Counted from the first letter of the whole stretch, positions 41,780 through 54,660 are shown. The stretch: 63,773 nt of DNA, filler included, from Hausera hauseri (GCA_046269625.1; 11 parts of 11 records of this genome joined end to end with filler, not necessarily neighbours in it); one strand, 5' to 3'. The notes: generated from the sequence alone by a model not told the origin. Translations and numbers: made by a program.

Positions 41780-42576
41780 AACTGTTTCTGATAAACAAAG
41801 GAGATGACAAAGCCAGCTACTATTCCAGAATTTGCCACACGACTTCGACTCCCCTAGCTAGCTTTCTCCACAGGGCACATCATGCACAAAATAGACCGAC
41901 AAGTACTCGAACAGCTGGCAACAAGCGACCACAGACTAGTGAAGTTAGTGCTGAACATGGAATATGTGCTGCAGGAACAAAAGCCACTGCCCAGATGGAA
42001 CTACAAGCGATCAGACTGGGACAAATTGTCAGTGCTAACAAATACTGTGAGGCCATAAATACAAGAAGCAACAATAGTTGAAAGCTTTCACAAAGCAACA
42101 CTACAAGCAGCTGCTGAGTCCATCCCGAGAGGGGCAAGTTGAACTATAAACCGTACTGGACAGAGGCGAAGTAGCAAAGGCAGACAAGGAGCTGACAACT
42201 GAGGCAAACATTTCACTTAATGCAGCCTCTGCAAAGCACACTAAAATACTAAATCAGACAACAAGAGAGTGCTGGAAAGAAAAAAACTGAAAGTCTGAAC
42301 CTAGATAGGGATGGGAACAAGTTATGGAAATTAACCAGGGCCCTGGAAAATGAATGATACCACACCAAACAAATCACACTTAAACAGAATAAATATATAC
42401 TTACAGGGACAAAATAACCATCGTGCTCATGGAACAATATACACAAGCAAGCCACATCGACGTATTAATAGAGAGAAAGAAAACCATCTATGAAGGAGAA
42501 AGCATGCATGACAACCCAATGAATTCTCCAGAAGAACACATAATGGCTAATCTAACTATGAATTAGATGGAAGAAG
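41780..42576 (+). mobile_element. Degraded non-LTR retrotransposon ORF2 (endonuclease-RT linker)
   Basis: SDHR, IPRGA..YKPYWTE and WKEKTESLNLDRDGNKLWKLTRAL. Confidence 0.7.
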
Positions 42577-43059
42577 NNNNNNNNNNNNNNNNNNNNNNNN
42601 NNNNNNNNNNNNNNNNNNNNTTAATTAATTAANNNNNNNNNNNNNNNNNNNNNNNNNNNNNNNNNNNNNNNNNNNNAACGCTCTTTTTTCCCCTACTCTG
42701 GCAGCATTTAGGTTGTGAGAAACAATATAGTTGCCTGTTGCTGCAAGAAAGAGGAAGAGCAGAAATTGCAAAACAGGTGTCAACAAGGAAAGAAATGGAT
42801 GCGTCAGACTGCATGGTGTTGATGGTTGCTTGAGTAAAGAAGACGGCTGTTTCAGCTGTTTCAGCTGAGTGTATAAGAATAGACTGCAAAGATTCGTGAA
42901 GGCCCATACCATAGGTTGCCTCACCCTTTGGCGGCCTTATAAGCTTAAAGCTGATGATGTGCTGTTAGATGGAGATTTTCTGCGGTTGCAGTTGGGAAAG
43001 CAATTTTTTGCATTATCACCATATGCAGCATGGGAGACGCAAAGTTCTCATATTATGGA

Positions 43060-43900
43060 TGCACCTTTGTTGCGAAAATTGCAACCGATATGACATTTAA
43101 TTGCTCTATCACCGAAGCGTTTGTAGTAAAAGAAGATCAGTCCTCGACTGCAAATTTCGGATCTGTGACGAGACGCAGATCTGTTGAGTGACGGGACAGT
43201 TGAACTATACTCATGTAGTCACTGGAGTGACTGGTGCACATTGTCATTCTGGACTGTTTGTACCGTCATAAAAGTATTTGGAGTTCCGGTTAATTTAACT
43301 TCGGTCGATGAATCTGGCAGAAACTTTGGCTCCTGCGCAGGCGTGGCTGCTATGGTGGGTGATGTTGTCATTGTGCACATCGCTTCTTGTGGAGGCTGTA
43401 GGGGTCGTAAAGATTCTAAAGAATTTTCCGCCATTACTGCAAAATCGTTAAGGCTTACCGTTGGCGGAACAAATGGGAAGAAAATTTCCAGTTCGGGAAG
43501 AAAACTGTGCAAGAACAGCCGTTTCAATAAATTCTCATTTTCACTAACGTTAATTTTAAGTCTTAAAAAGTCGTCCGGACGTTTCAGAACCTATCGGGTT
43601 TGTTGTATTTTTTATCAGTTCGTATGTCTGCGTTTCTGACAACTTAATGATAACTTGACATAAAGCGTCGTAAGGCTGTTCTAATACGAGCAATTCCGCT
43701 ATTTCCGTAAGTCTTTGTTGAAGTTCGGTATGTATTTGAGAAAGAAGGGAATAAGCTTGCGCTTTTGTGTTGATCAGATTGGTATCTGACAACCATTGTC
43801 TGTGTAGACCAAGCCATTGGCTGGCAGAATCATCGACTTTGAAGAATGGAGGGCATGGAAAGCTGTTGGTGGATGGTGGTGATTGTTTAATTTTTTGCCG
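43060..43900 (-). mobile_element. Degraded Gypsy gag-like ORF
   Basis: PPFF...QW, YSLLSQI...YDALCQVII, and FYYKRFGDRAIKCHIGCNF resembling the CxYHxxFG..A.KC..C gag motif. Confidence 0.55.
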
Positions 43901-44608
43901 TGATTTTCCTATCGGTGAGCCACTTCTTAAGCCGACGGAAATTTCTAACCTTTCGGGTTTTCCAGATTTGAAAGAATTGGAAATATTAGTTAAAGTAACG
44001 TATATAAGGGTTGAAGAATATCCTATGATCAGATTTATGTGTGAAGGACAAGAATGGGCTGTTTTTATTGCTTTAATTACGTGTTAATGTGTTACATGAT
44101 TGCACAGTAGAATATTAAAATATTTATTAATAAATCGAAACCGAAAATTAAACATAGAGAACAAGGGTTGAATGCTGAGTTTGACGTTACTTTTCATTTG
44201 AAAAAGATTATTGTGTTCCAATACAATTGTATAAACACGTTAGAATTGTTGATCAATCGTTGTCCGATTTACTATTGAGAGTTTTGAATATGACACAGAA
44301 TTTAGTTATTACGTACTGGAGTATCATTTTTCGACATTATAGGCTGAATTTGAAAAATTTTAAAATCATAATACATTAAGATATTTGTATTTATACTTAC
44401 GTTATTCTGTTCCTAACGTAAATTGACAACAGAGCTACTTATATTTTTAACTACTTATATTTAATAACTTGAAAATTACAAGAATAAACATTATTTTATT
44501 TACTAACATAAAAATGTATATTGTTTTTAATAACTAAATTATTATTTTTATTTCGGCTGAGATTTGTTTGATAATTCATAATTACAAGTATACAGTTCTG
44601 TGTGACAC

Positions 44609-47589
44609 TAGACCTGGTTAAAAAATTTTTCTTTAATTTTGAAATGCATAGTAGTTATTATTTTTCCTTTTCCCAATGATAGTTTGCGTGAAAAAAATCC
44701 CATTAATTTAAATGTTTTTAGAGGTTGCTTAAAGCACATTAACTTTCCAAGCATGATGTACACTATACAACATTTATTATACACAGGCATATTCAGCCTA
44801 GAAAAGACACCATAAACTTATTCCAGTTTCTAATGTTGTGAAAATATAATAAACAGAAAAACCATAAATGTTCATCATTGTCCACTCTACTAAAGTTCCA
44901 TGATGCATCTATTTCCGACGTGCCACATAGCTCCTTGGTGTTCTCTTGCATGAATCTGGAACACGTCTCCGGTGATCCTCCACAACCTGAATTAGGCGTT
45001 GCATATCGCCTTCATTTTTGGTGAAGGATTAGTTGAAGGAGGACATGGAACAAATTGACATCTCGGCTGCATTGTTGATAATCTTTAATGATTTGATAAT
45101 AGCTCTTGAGTGTTGAAAATCTGAATTGTCCATCCAAGTTTCAGTATCATTGTTGAACAGGAAGTCAACATCCACACCAAGAGTCTAAAGACTGCTAGTA
45201 GAAAAAGAATTTACGAACTCCCACAATTCTTTGTTTTCCAGATCTTCTGAACTTTCCAGCTTTGTGATTCTCGTATTATTATCATGTTGACATTGCTTCA
45301 TGGCGTATACCATTTTGCTTTTCTCAGCCGTCGACATCATTTCCAAGAACAGGAATAGCGGAATTAATTCTGATCCAAGATACCACAGATGGCGCTTAAA
45401 TTTTTGCATCACGCAATCGGAAATTGCCTTGTTGACTGTAGAATACTGCTTGATGTGTTTGAAGAAATTCAGATCATTAATTGGCGCATCGCTGACAAGA
45501 AGACATGAAAGCCACGCCTTGACATATACCAAACTGGCAAACAGGCAGAAGTGAGTCAGACTCTTTTGCTCTTCGATAGTGATTTTAAACTGTTCCCTGA
45601 ATAGAGAGATCTTAAAACAATAAATAACCTTAGCCATCCATCTAGCCATGTGATATGTACCGTGAACTCTGAAGTGATATGAACCATGCAACGGAAGAAC
45701 TCCAAGGATTATCAGACAAAGTTCAGCAACTTCTCTATAATCATCTCAAGCCATATATCCATCGATCGATTATAAGAAATTTTGCGTCCATGTTAAAACC
45801 TCGTTCTTAAGCGACAGAAATAACAAATTTTGGAGGTTGGTTTCATTTAATGGAATGTATATCTTACTGTCAATGTTTTCCAGCAATGTTTGAAGCGCTC
45901 AAAGAGAGGAATGTTTAGACTTTTGGAGGAACGAAATAATTCTTTGAACAGTCCAGCTATGACAACTTCGCGCATATGATGTCTACATGCCAGATGCAAC
46001 ACGTTTCTACCCAACATCTGCTCAAGTAAAACACACGCACCACTATTAAAACCCGCATTTGAAGCGGTGGAGTGATACTTCACACAAAATAAGCAACTGG
46101 GCAGTAGCGTTTGCTTGAGCTTTCCCTGTACCAGACTGGATCTTGGCAATTCCCAGTATTTTGTTAACTTGGAGACCTATGATGCATATAGCTAAGCAAT
46201 CAGCTTTTGATCTATCCTGACATCGGCTGGTGGTATCTTACATAATATTTCCATCTCAATGTAATACAAGAGATGGTTTGTCACTCGCTCTAAATTCATG
46301 TTGAATGTTAGCATTAACTGTTTTTCTGCGCACCTTACTTCTTCGATAAACTGTTAAACGAGGTAGTGGAACTCGACATATATCTTCGCCGCTTGCTTTA
46401 CTGATTGCAGCTGACAGGATGGTGAACTTTGCGTCTGATAAACTGACACGATCTAATGCTGAAACCATATCTGATGACTGCACAACGTTTTAAAGTGTTC
46501 GTAATTCCCGAGTATCGGGTTCATCATTAAGACAAGTGTCGGCTGTACTTAACTGCCGACGAGTATAAATAGGAATTCCAAACTCATAATCGCTGTTCTT
46601 TGCCTCGTCATTGTCACCGTTGCTAATGTTGCCTACACTAGAATTATCTACCTTTCCCAGGGTACCAGCGCTTGGCACTCGTGATACGGCAGTTGTCATT
46701 GCTTTTCATCTAGCCGCTCTGTCCACACGTTTCGGCTCCTGCTGTTTTCGTTTTCTACTTCGCTCTTCTTTAGCTGTTAACTTCTTGTCCTCTCTACCCA
46801 CCGTCATTTTTCTTTGTTCACGCTGATCCTTCAAGAACAACCGGTTCTCCTTAATGGAAATCAACTGTTTTGCATTTTTGTGTGCGATATCAAACAGTTT
46901 CTGAGAATCAGACATCCGCCCCTTATTTTTCTTCATAAAATTGTACTTGTCAACCGCAGCTCTCATATTTGAAATTATATTATGTTGAAATGCTATTGGG
47001 ATACGTGATTTTGCCCAGTTTCTTTTAGGTTAACTGAAATAGTTCTATTCAACACTTTGTGGTTATAGAAGAATGTTTTTAGGACATCACCAACCGTTGG
47101 TGATACAGTCACTGGAAGTTTTTCGCAGGCTGTCCTATTAGCCACACTTCAGTTTTTTGCAGCTAGGTGGCACATGATAAAAATATAATACCTCTTCCAT
47201 TATCTTCATCAAGAATTAATCTTACAAATCTAAAATATAAGATCTGTTTTACAAATGTATTTTGTACATATAACAAGATTTAAATTTCTAACAGAAATAA
47301 CAGCATAAATTACCACAGGAAAACAACGAAAAGAGAAATTTAGTTACTGTTCCTATAATTATAAAACGGAATGTATTATAAATATGATAATGAAAATGAG
47401 CAGATTATAACACTTATATCAGCCTTCAACGCATAATAATCAAACTTCATCGATGTTGAGCAACTTGTAAATTTATTTTTATTTAAAAATCCCTTTTTTA
47501 GGATACTAATTGTCATATGGAACACAAAAAATCACTATGCTTTGAAATCTGAGGAAATTTTTTTCTTAATAATATCGTGAACAGCCCTA
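44609..47589 (-). mobile_element. Degraded hAT-superfamily (hATm-like) DNA transposon
   Basis: TASNAG..SGACVLLEQMLGRNVLHLACRHH, YHMARWMAKVIY, HLWYL and LFDIAH; weak TAG-initiated inverted termini at 44609 and 47589. Confidence 0.7.
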
Positions 47590-48104
47590 TTGTCACATAC
47601 ATCGATCGCTTTACGAGAGATTTGGTTTATTTTCTGTCATTCGACACAAGATAAAATCAATTTATATCTAGAAATACCAAATCGGTCAATCAAAATATGA
47701 GATTGTGATTGGTAGTAATTACAAAGAGAAACTACTTTATGTTTTGAAAGGCGCTCAGATACATAGCATCTCATGTTATGGTAAAAATACGTTATAATTT
47801 AGCAATTATGACTAAGCATGTAATGTAAGTGCTTAGTTTCGTTTCATTATTATTTACTGTTATCAGTGATTTTTTGTCATATTATAATGAGCAACTACAA
47901 AAAGTGATTCTGTGTGAATGAAGCTTTTAACCGTTTGCTAGCAGAGACCGATTCAAATGAAAAAGAAAATGACAGTGTGGATAGTCAATTGAATGAAAGT
48001 GATCNNNNNNNNNNNNNNNNNNNNNNNNNNNNNNNNNNNNNNNNNNNNTTAATTAATTAANNNNNNNNNNNNNNNNNNNNNNNNNNNNNNNNNNNNNNNN
48101 NNNN

Positions 48105-48536
48105 TTCTTAGAAGGCACACAGTTCGCCATTAATACTACTCCACATCCTGCGACAGGATTCACTCCATTTTTTATGATGTAAAATAAAGAAGCTGTACTG
48201 CCTACAGATTTAGGATTGATTCCATATACAACTAGAAGGAAGGATTTAGAGCAGAATTTTATCGAAGTATTACAATCAAGATTTCACAAATGTTGGGAAA
48301 TAGCCAAAGAATTATCTAAAGAATACCAGGAACAATTCAAGAAGCAGTATGATAAAAAGGCTAAACCACACGATCTAGAACCCGAAAACTTGGTCTACGT
48401 ACACTATCCAGTAGCCAAGAAAGGCACGTCTCTTAAGCTTACTAGAACAGGTAGAGGACCTTATGAAGTTACTAAGGTTACACCAACCACAGTTTATATA
48501 AACAAAATTGGCACGGAAGAGGTCATATTAATTTAG
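48105..48536 (+). pseudogene. Integrase C-terminus with GPY motif (continues from 63119-63773)
   Basis: FAINTTPHPATGFTPF, KKQYDKK and TGRGPYEV. Confidence 0.9.
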
Positions 48537-48578
48537 AGAATAGTCGAAACGGAAATAAGGCCAAATAAACGCTATAAT

Positions 48579-49871
48579 TTGCCTTCAGGCAAAACAAATA
48601 AAGAAAAGAAAACGTCGTCGATAGTGACTAGACCAATATCGTATGTGCAAATAATCCTGGCCTTATCGTTAATCGCTTCGTATATACCCACAGTGAAATC
48701 CATCACTCAGACCGAAAAATGGAAGGATATCCAAAACTTACAGTCACTTAGAGTACGCGATATGGATTGGAGAAAACCATGTGCATGGTTTGAAGCAAGC
48801 GTACCTATTCGGAGCCGCGTAAAATTTCAAATAATATTTGTAACCAGGAAAACGATGAGAACGTGCGATTTTCCGTACGGAATTCATAGGAAATTCTGTA
48901 GTTTAGATTTTGGACAAACCTACGGATACGGATTTCAAATGTTTTATTTATATCAGTTCGGAGCTCAAGCCTACATAAGTACGGAGCTCTCAATAAGAGT
49001 GCCCCAACGAAAACACGATAATCAAGCGAAGACGGACGAAATAATTAGAAGCATTGATCCAGTTAAAAGGTTCTTAGACTACAACATTATTGGAATTCAC
49101 AAGGATTTGAAGAACCAATGTATTCGAATTGAGACCAAGATCGGACTACCAGAAGACAAGGAAATATCTGTACAATTTACACCATTGAACACTTCAATCC
49201 CTAAACCGGGATATTGTTCTTTGGCCAGACGACGAATTACGGTGTGCTGTGTACTGCTACTAGGACAGGAGTATCAGTTGCAATTCGATTTGTACAATAC
49301 GTATCTCGGAGAACCAAGTATCTATATAAAAGGATATCGTCCGAAAAACGGAATAAGGCAGCTTCCGTTTCCAACCACTACGAGACAACCGTCCACAGTT
49401 ACGAGCACAACTCTCACTACTACGATAACCACTTCAGACGAAATGCCAAGGGGCATACCTGTTAAGATCTTGGAAAAAAAGCGATAGGATTCTATTCTAC
49501 GCTGAAGAGACGTTAAATCGGGACGTCAAAACTGAATGTCGCACCCTGCACACCAACCAAGTTATGATTCTGAGAAAGAATAGTCAGAAAACTAAATGCA
49601 GGTCATTACAACCACAACACAACTATATAATCCGAATCACCGCAAAGGGTAAAACCCTAAAACCTTCACAGTCCGAACGCATGACGACAAAATCGAAGTA
49701 ATACAGTATAAAGATCTTAGCACTCAAAATGTGTTCACCAAGGAAGGTTTTACTGAGGAAAACAATTTACCGATAATAGCTATATTTAGTTTGTCAATTT
49801 CCGTTCTTGCTATATTAACGGCGATGATTTTTCTAGTTTCCAAAAATTGTAATAAGCGCAGTAAAAATTGA
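48579..49871 (+). CDS. Accessory ORF-A: type I membrane protein (signal peptide, Cys-containing FN3-like repeats, Thr-rich stalk, TM helix); disrupted after 49487
   Basis: YVQIILALSLIASYIPTVKS; LDFGQTY, LLLGQEY and SLQPQHNYIIRITA; TTTRQPSTVTSTTLTTTITT; TM IIAIFSLSISVLAILTAMIFLV (~49773-49838) then KNCNKR. Confidence 0.7.
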
Positions 49872-50032
49872 GAGGGAGATAAAAGGGAAAATGGGCACCA
49901 AGACGGACTCTATGATTGCATAAACTGACAAATACAGATGGGGTTATCCTATCATCAACAGAGAAAATGTTTTGTTTCAAAACGATGATCTGTCTTAGGA
50001 TTGACCTCTATTTTTATTTAAGCAGAGTAAGT

Positions 50033-52375
50033 ATGACCGAGAAGGCGAAAAATCCAGCAATCAGTTCCAATTACGATATCGATGATTTCCTCCAGCAGCA
50101 CGTCACTGTTCTTAAACCCCTGTCCAAAGGTCTATACCGACAAATTGGAGAAAACCTGAAGACTCAGAAATATTTAGAATTCGGCTAAGAGAGTAAAATA
50201 CCAAACGGACTAAAATGGGGCTTGGAAGAGAATCGACTGTTTCGATTATACGCCATGCGAAACCCAAAGGATGCACGGGCATACCTTTTAAGAGATGTAA
50301 TTCCCTATGAGCCGACACATCAGCAATTGTACGTACATGTCGCTAATGGAGAAATTCAATACAGGATCGTAGGACAAACCTGGTGTACGCAAAAAGGGCA
50401 GCAGTTGAAGTTTAGTTTTTATGCGCTATGTTGCTATAGTCTCATGAATTATGCCCTGAAATTTAGGATCGCAGATCTTCCGACCAAAATCATGATCGAA
50501 ATGACGTGGCGAACCGATGTAATGAAGCTGCTACCACCGTTATTATATGTACAAAAACCATCAGAAGATGAGATAGAGTAAAATGGAGAGTCCTACAGAT
50601 TAGTTCCAGACGGTAGGAACACCAGAATATTGGCCGTGAACTATGGAGAAATGGATGACGGGTGGTATGTTCCAATCGAGGTCTCTATTAGAAATACCAA
50701 TGGAGAAGAAATCATAAACAGAATAATTGCACCTCGAGCTAAGAAAAAGGACACTTTTCCCGACGTCACAGGAATTACAAAAGTACAGCTCAAAAAGGGA
50801 AAATATTTCTTGGAGATCCAAGAAAATATAAGCCATTGCTTATATGGATACGTCGTTACCGGATTCCGAGTTCACGAAGCGTTGGAGCGACTAGAAATTA
50901 GGCAAGAATACATAGCCGGAATTCGAGAAGTAAGCCGAAACCCAGCCGTTGTGAGCCAAGTAGAAAATACTTTGATGCGGAAAAGAGGTTGTCTGCTTTC
51001 TCCCTCAACATCTCGCGAATCACAATTTAAGATAATGATAGAAGCCATGAATGGCGAACGATTCAAATTCCCTAAGCTAATGACCGCAAGTCAACGGACC
51101 AAGTTTATAAAAGATATCTATGACTCAATACGATGGGACCACGAGTGGAAATCCAGAAACCACATGCAGAACGCAATATCCGAAAACAACCGCAAAATTC
51201 TGATACAAAAATTTCAAAAAGGGTTTAGTGAATACCCGAATTATCGGCAAATTGAACCACAAGGACATAACCAATTCCGAGTAACAATCCCTAATAATCC
51301 AATGGAAGTTCCAGACAGCCGACAGAAACCACTCACCAGAAAGTCTCGAAAAGAAATGACAGTAAAACCAGATTCAAGAAGACAAAAGACAAAGATGACT
51401 TTTTAGAATTTATTAGTAAAAAGAAGGACAAAATCAGTAAGAGTCAAATAGAAGAAATCAAATCAACAATAGACAGCTTAATCCAGGAAAGAAAAATGAG
51501 CGATCAGAGAGAAGCGTAGAATCAAGACAAAAACCACGGTAATCAAACGAAAATTCCCAAATCCAGAACCCTTAAAACGGAAGTCAACGTTATTCGGAAG
51601 AACTGGGAGGAAGATACCACGATTACAGGTACACAATTTGGCCAAGTGAAAGAATATAAACGAATCCTCGTCATGGCCGAATACTATAACAAAGGAAAAA
51701 TTAAAGAGGCTATATTTCATTTATCCACCGTCCCGAGAAGATTAGTGAGTGGAAACGGATATGCCAGAGAAGATCACACTATCGGCAGATACTTAGCCTC
51801 AATATTCCAATCAAAGAGCGGCACCAACAGACTAACAATTCCTGTGAATACCCAAGTCAGAATTCAGCTGAAAAGACAATACAAGAAGACTGGAATACCC
51901 GATTTGGACAAACAAGAAATAGTAGAATAGACCCTGGTTGCGGTATCCGACGATCCGAGAAAAAGCTCAATAGACCCCAATCAAAAGAGACTGTACGGAT
52001 ACTTATACCAAGACAGAAAAGGACTGGTATTCGAGAGAATAGAAGTGGACGAAAACCTAGTGGACATTGATGCCGCTGAAAAAGAAGAGTGTCCCGTCTG
52101 TGACGCGGATCTCTATCAAGGATTTGTAGTCCTAGACAACAAAGATTGCAATCACAAGTATTGTCGGTACTGCTTAAAAACGTGGACCCTGAAAAATGGG
52201 AAAACGACCTGCCCTGTATGAGAGCCGAGGCTACCAGACTAAGATACTATTCAAATGGAGAAAATAAAAAGATAGTAGAGATAAAACCCGAATAGGCCAC
52301 TACGTCCTATCATTTTGATTTGCAATCGCCGTCGAACGAAACGGATTCAGAAGCGGACTTACGCGGACGAATGAA
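50033..52375 (+). pseudogene. Accessory ORF-B, unknown N-terminal domains plus C3HC4 RING finger (52090-52221)
   Basis: Fragments 50033-50188, 50222-50581, 50630-51406 and 51646-51930, then CPVC-x15-CNHKYCRYC...CPV*. Confidence 0.78.
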
Positions 52376-52428
52376 CCAATTACGCGGCACCTCTTCTGAC
52401 GCAATGGGCACATCCGAGAGTGCCTTTC

Positions 52429-52440
52429 AGGGAGGAGAAA
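52429..52440 (+). promoter_or_regulatory. Polypurine tract
   Basis: AGGGAGGAGAAA abuts the LTR TG; identical at 16571-16582. Confidence 0.88.
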
Positions 52441-53151
52441 TGTTATAAATGACTATGAACAAATTGTAATTATGTACAGAACCGAAATGAAAGCGAAACT
52501 AGTGAAACTAGACTAATAAAACCACGATAAATCAATTGATTAACTATGAAATATCACAAAATGCCAGTTAGTAAATGTCAGGCGAATTTAATCAATAGAA
52601 ATGGCAGAAAATTCCAAAAAATGTATAAAATTAGGTAGCAACGACGCTATGTAAGTAGTCAACGTAATATATAAAGTTAGTTAATTATTGCCAGTGTAAT
52701 TAGTTAATCAGTCAGATACGAATTAGCAAATATTACTATCAGGCGAATTGTTCAGTTATTCCAAAATTTTGAAAGACTTGACGATTAAATCCGGTACATT
52801 GATTGCATTGTTGAAAATTACTAGTATTGCTGATCCGACATTCTCATTATCGGTGTGGTATTATTGTTGTTATTGAATAAACTATTATATCTTAAAAATT
52901 TCTATAGTTTTTCGTCACTCCTTACGAGGGACTTGCATCGTACTAAGTTCTAAAATCAAATTTTAAAATTTTTAGTTAGGTCGAGAAATTTGTAATTTAC
53001 GCAATCACTGCACGCAGTGCACACATCTTAAAATAGTGCAAACATGCTAACGAGAACGTTAGAACTTATCTGCTCAAATAACATTTAAATTTTGAAAATT
53101 ACTCATTGTTATAGTTGGGTGTTGGATAGGGTCAACCTTCAACTACTAACA
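52441..53151 (+). repeat. LTR (711 bp)
   Basis: TGTTA...TAACA inverted termini, TATAAAA near 52624, AATAAA near 52877; bounded by PPT and PBS. Confidence 0.88.
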
Positions 53152-53153
53152 TT

Positions 53154-53171
53154 TGGCGACCCTAGCAGGAC
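53154..53171 (+). promoter_or_regulatory. Primer binding site (probably tRNA-Arg)
   Basis: TGGCGACCCTAGCAGGAC lies 2 nt after the LTR; its complement TCCTGCTAGGGTCGCCA resembles tRNA-Arg 3' ends. Confidence 0.8.
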
Positions 53172-53588
53172 AGTTTGAACTTGCTAGTCTTGACTCTTAG
53201 TGAAAAGTAACGACATATTAGCGATTAGCGCTATAACATTAAATAATTGATTGCAGATTATTGTGAAATTAAAATTTGGGATTAGAAAGAAACCCTCCGT
53301 ATTATAACGACATATTATTGGGTCAAGACGGATATTGACGGACATAAGTTAGAGGATAACCTAAAACTCATTCTAAACGGTAAAGTGAATATTATTTTTC
53401 GTGAAACACGTAATAGAGTTTATAGAGAAGGTAAGACGTTGGGTACACGCACTTTACCCGAGTCAAATTTAGTTAATACCGAACTTATTGATTTAAACGC
53501 TGTTTAACAGCCTATTGAATTTAAAATTCCTGATAAGAAAGTTAGAACTCGTAGGATAATTAAGCAAAATCTAATAAACGGTGAGAAT

Positions 53589-54660
53589 ATGGTCGAAAAT
53601 CAAGCAGTAGCTCAAAAATTGGACACTTTTACATTCGACTCTCTGAATCTTCCGGCGTACGACGGAGACCGGGACGGACTTAACGAATTTCTAAGGACAT
53701 ATAAGTTGCATGCAGAAGGTGCTTGACTAGCAGCTAACGTGATGATTAAACGTTTGTCGTTATATTTAAAGAATTTGGCCGCTGATGCCTATAGTAAACT
53801 CATGGATGATAAAAGAAAACTTGTTCCTCACTGGTAGGAACCCTGAATCGAAAATTATTGCCGACTGTAACTCCGCAACAAAAACATATGACTTTTCAGC
53901 ATAGAGTACAACAAAATGGTGAATCAATAACCCAATTCGCTTTTGCATTAAAGAAATTGGCAAACAGTTACGTAAGCACTTTAAGAATAGCAAATATAGC
54001 TAAGGCTAAAAATGAAGCAGAACGCGAAGCCGCAGAAAAGGCAAGTCTCCCCGACATAGACGTCATGATGATGACACAATTAATAAATGGTATTTGGTCT
54101 AAAGACATAGTAAAGCAATTGATTCTAGCACGTCCCGAAAATTTTGATAGGACATTGCAATTAGCTCAAGACTTGGAAATGACATTGGATAGATATGCCA
54201 GAAACAATGACAGAAACGATAGAAATAATGATCAAGGTGATCGAAGCGATAAAAATCAAAATAATAGAAATGATAGACGATTTAATAAGAATTACGGAGA
54301 CCGAAACAAGAACGGTAATTAAATTCGCAGAAACGAGCGATATAGTAATCAGAATTTTGATAACAGTCGAAATAGTTTTTCTAATAAATCAAACTATACT
54401 ACGGATAAACGTATAGATGGCTCTAAAAATTTTAATCGACAAAGCGACAGTCGAAATTACGATAATCGACAATATGGAGATAATAGACAGGTCCGGCACA
54501 GCAGAACTACAATAGAAATCCGGGTAGATCGAAATCCCCGTTAAACGAAGATGACCGACAAAAGATCGGAAGAAATGGCAATTTTATTTGTTATACGTGC
54601 GGACAAGAAGGACACAGCGAGATCCTGTCCAAACCCGCGAAGCGTCTCGTTTGTTGAACC
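53589..54660 (+). pseudogene. gag with CCHC zinc knuckle (54589-54628)
   Basis: LPAYDGD..GLNEFL, RVQQNGESITQFAFALKKLA, QLINGI, an N/D/R-rich linker, and CYTCGQEGH/ARSC split by a frameshift. Confidence 0.85.

Noticed and set aside
47915-48004. Possible piggyBac-like transposase N-terminus
   Set aside because: Too short and truncated by the spacer.
4484-48104. Recurrent TTAATTAATTAA motif about every 5 kb
   Set aside because: Artificial contig linker. Neighbouring contigs are not physically linked, and ORFs ending in X runs are artefacts.
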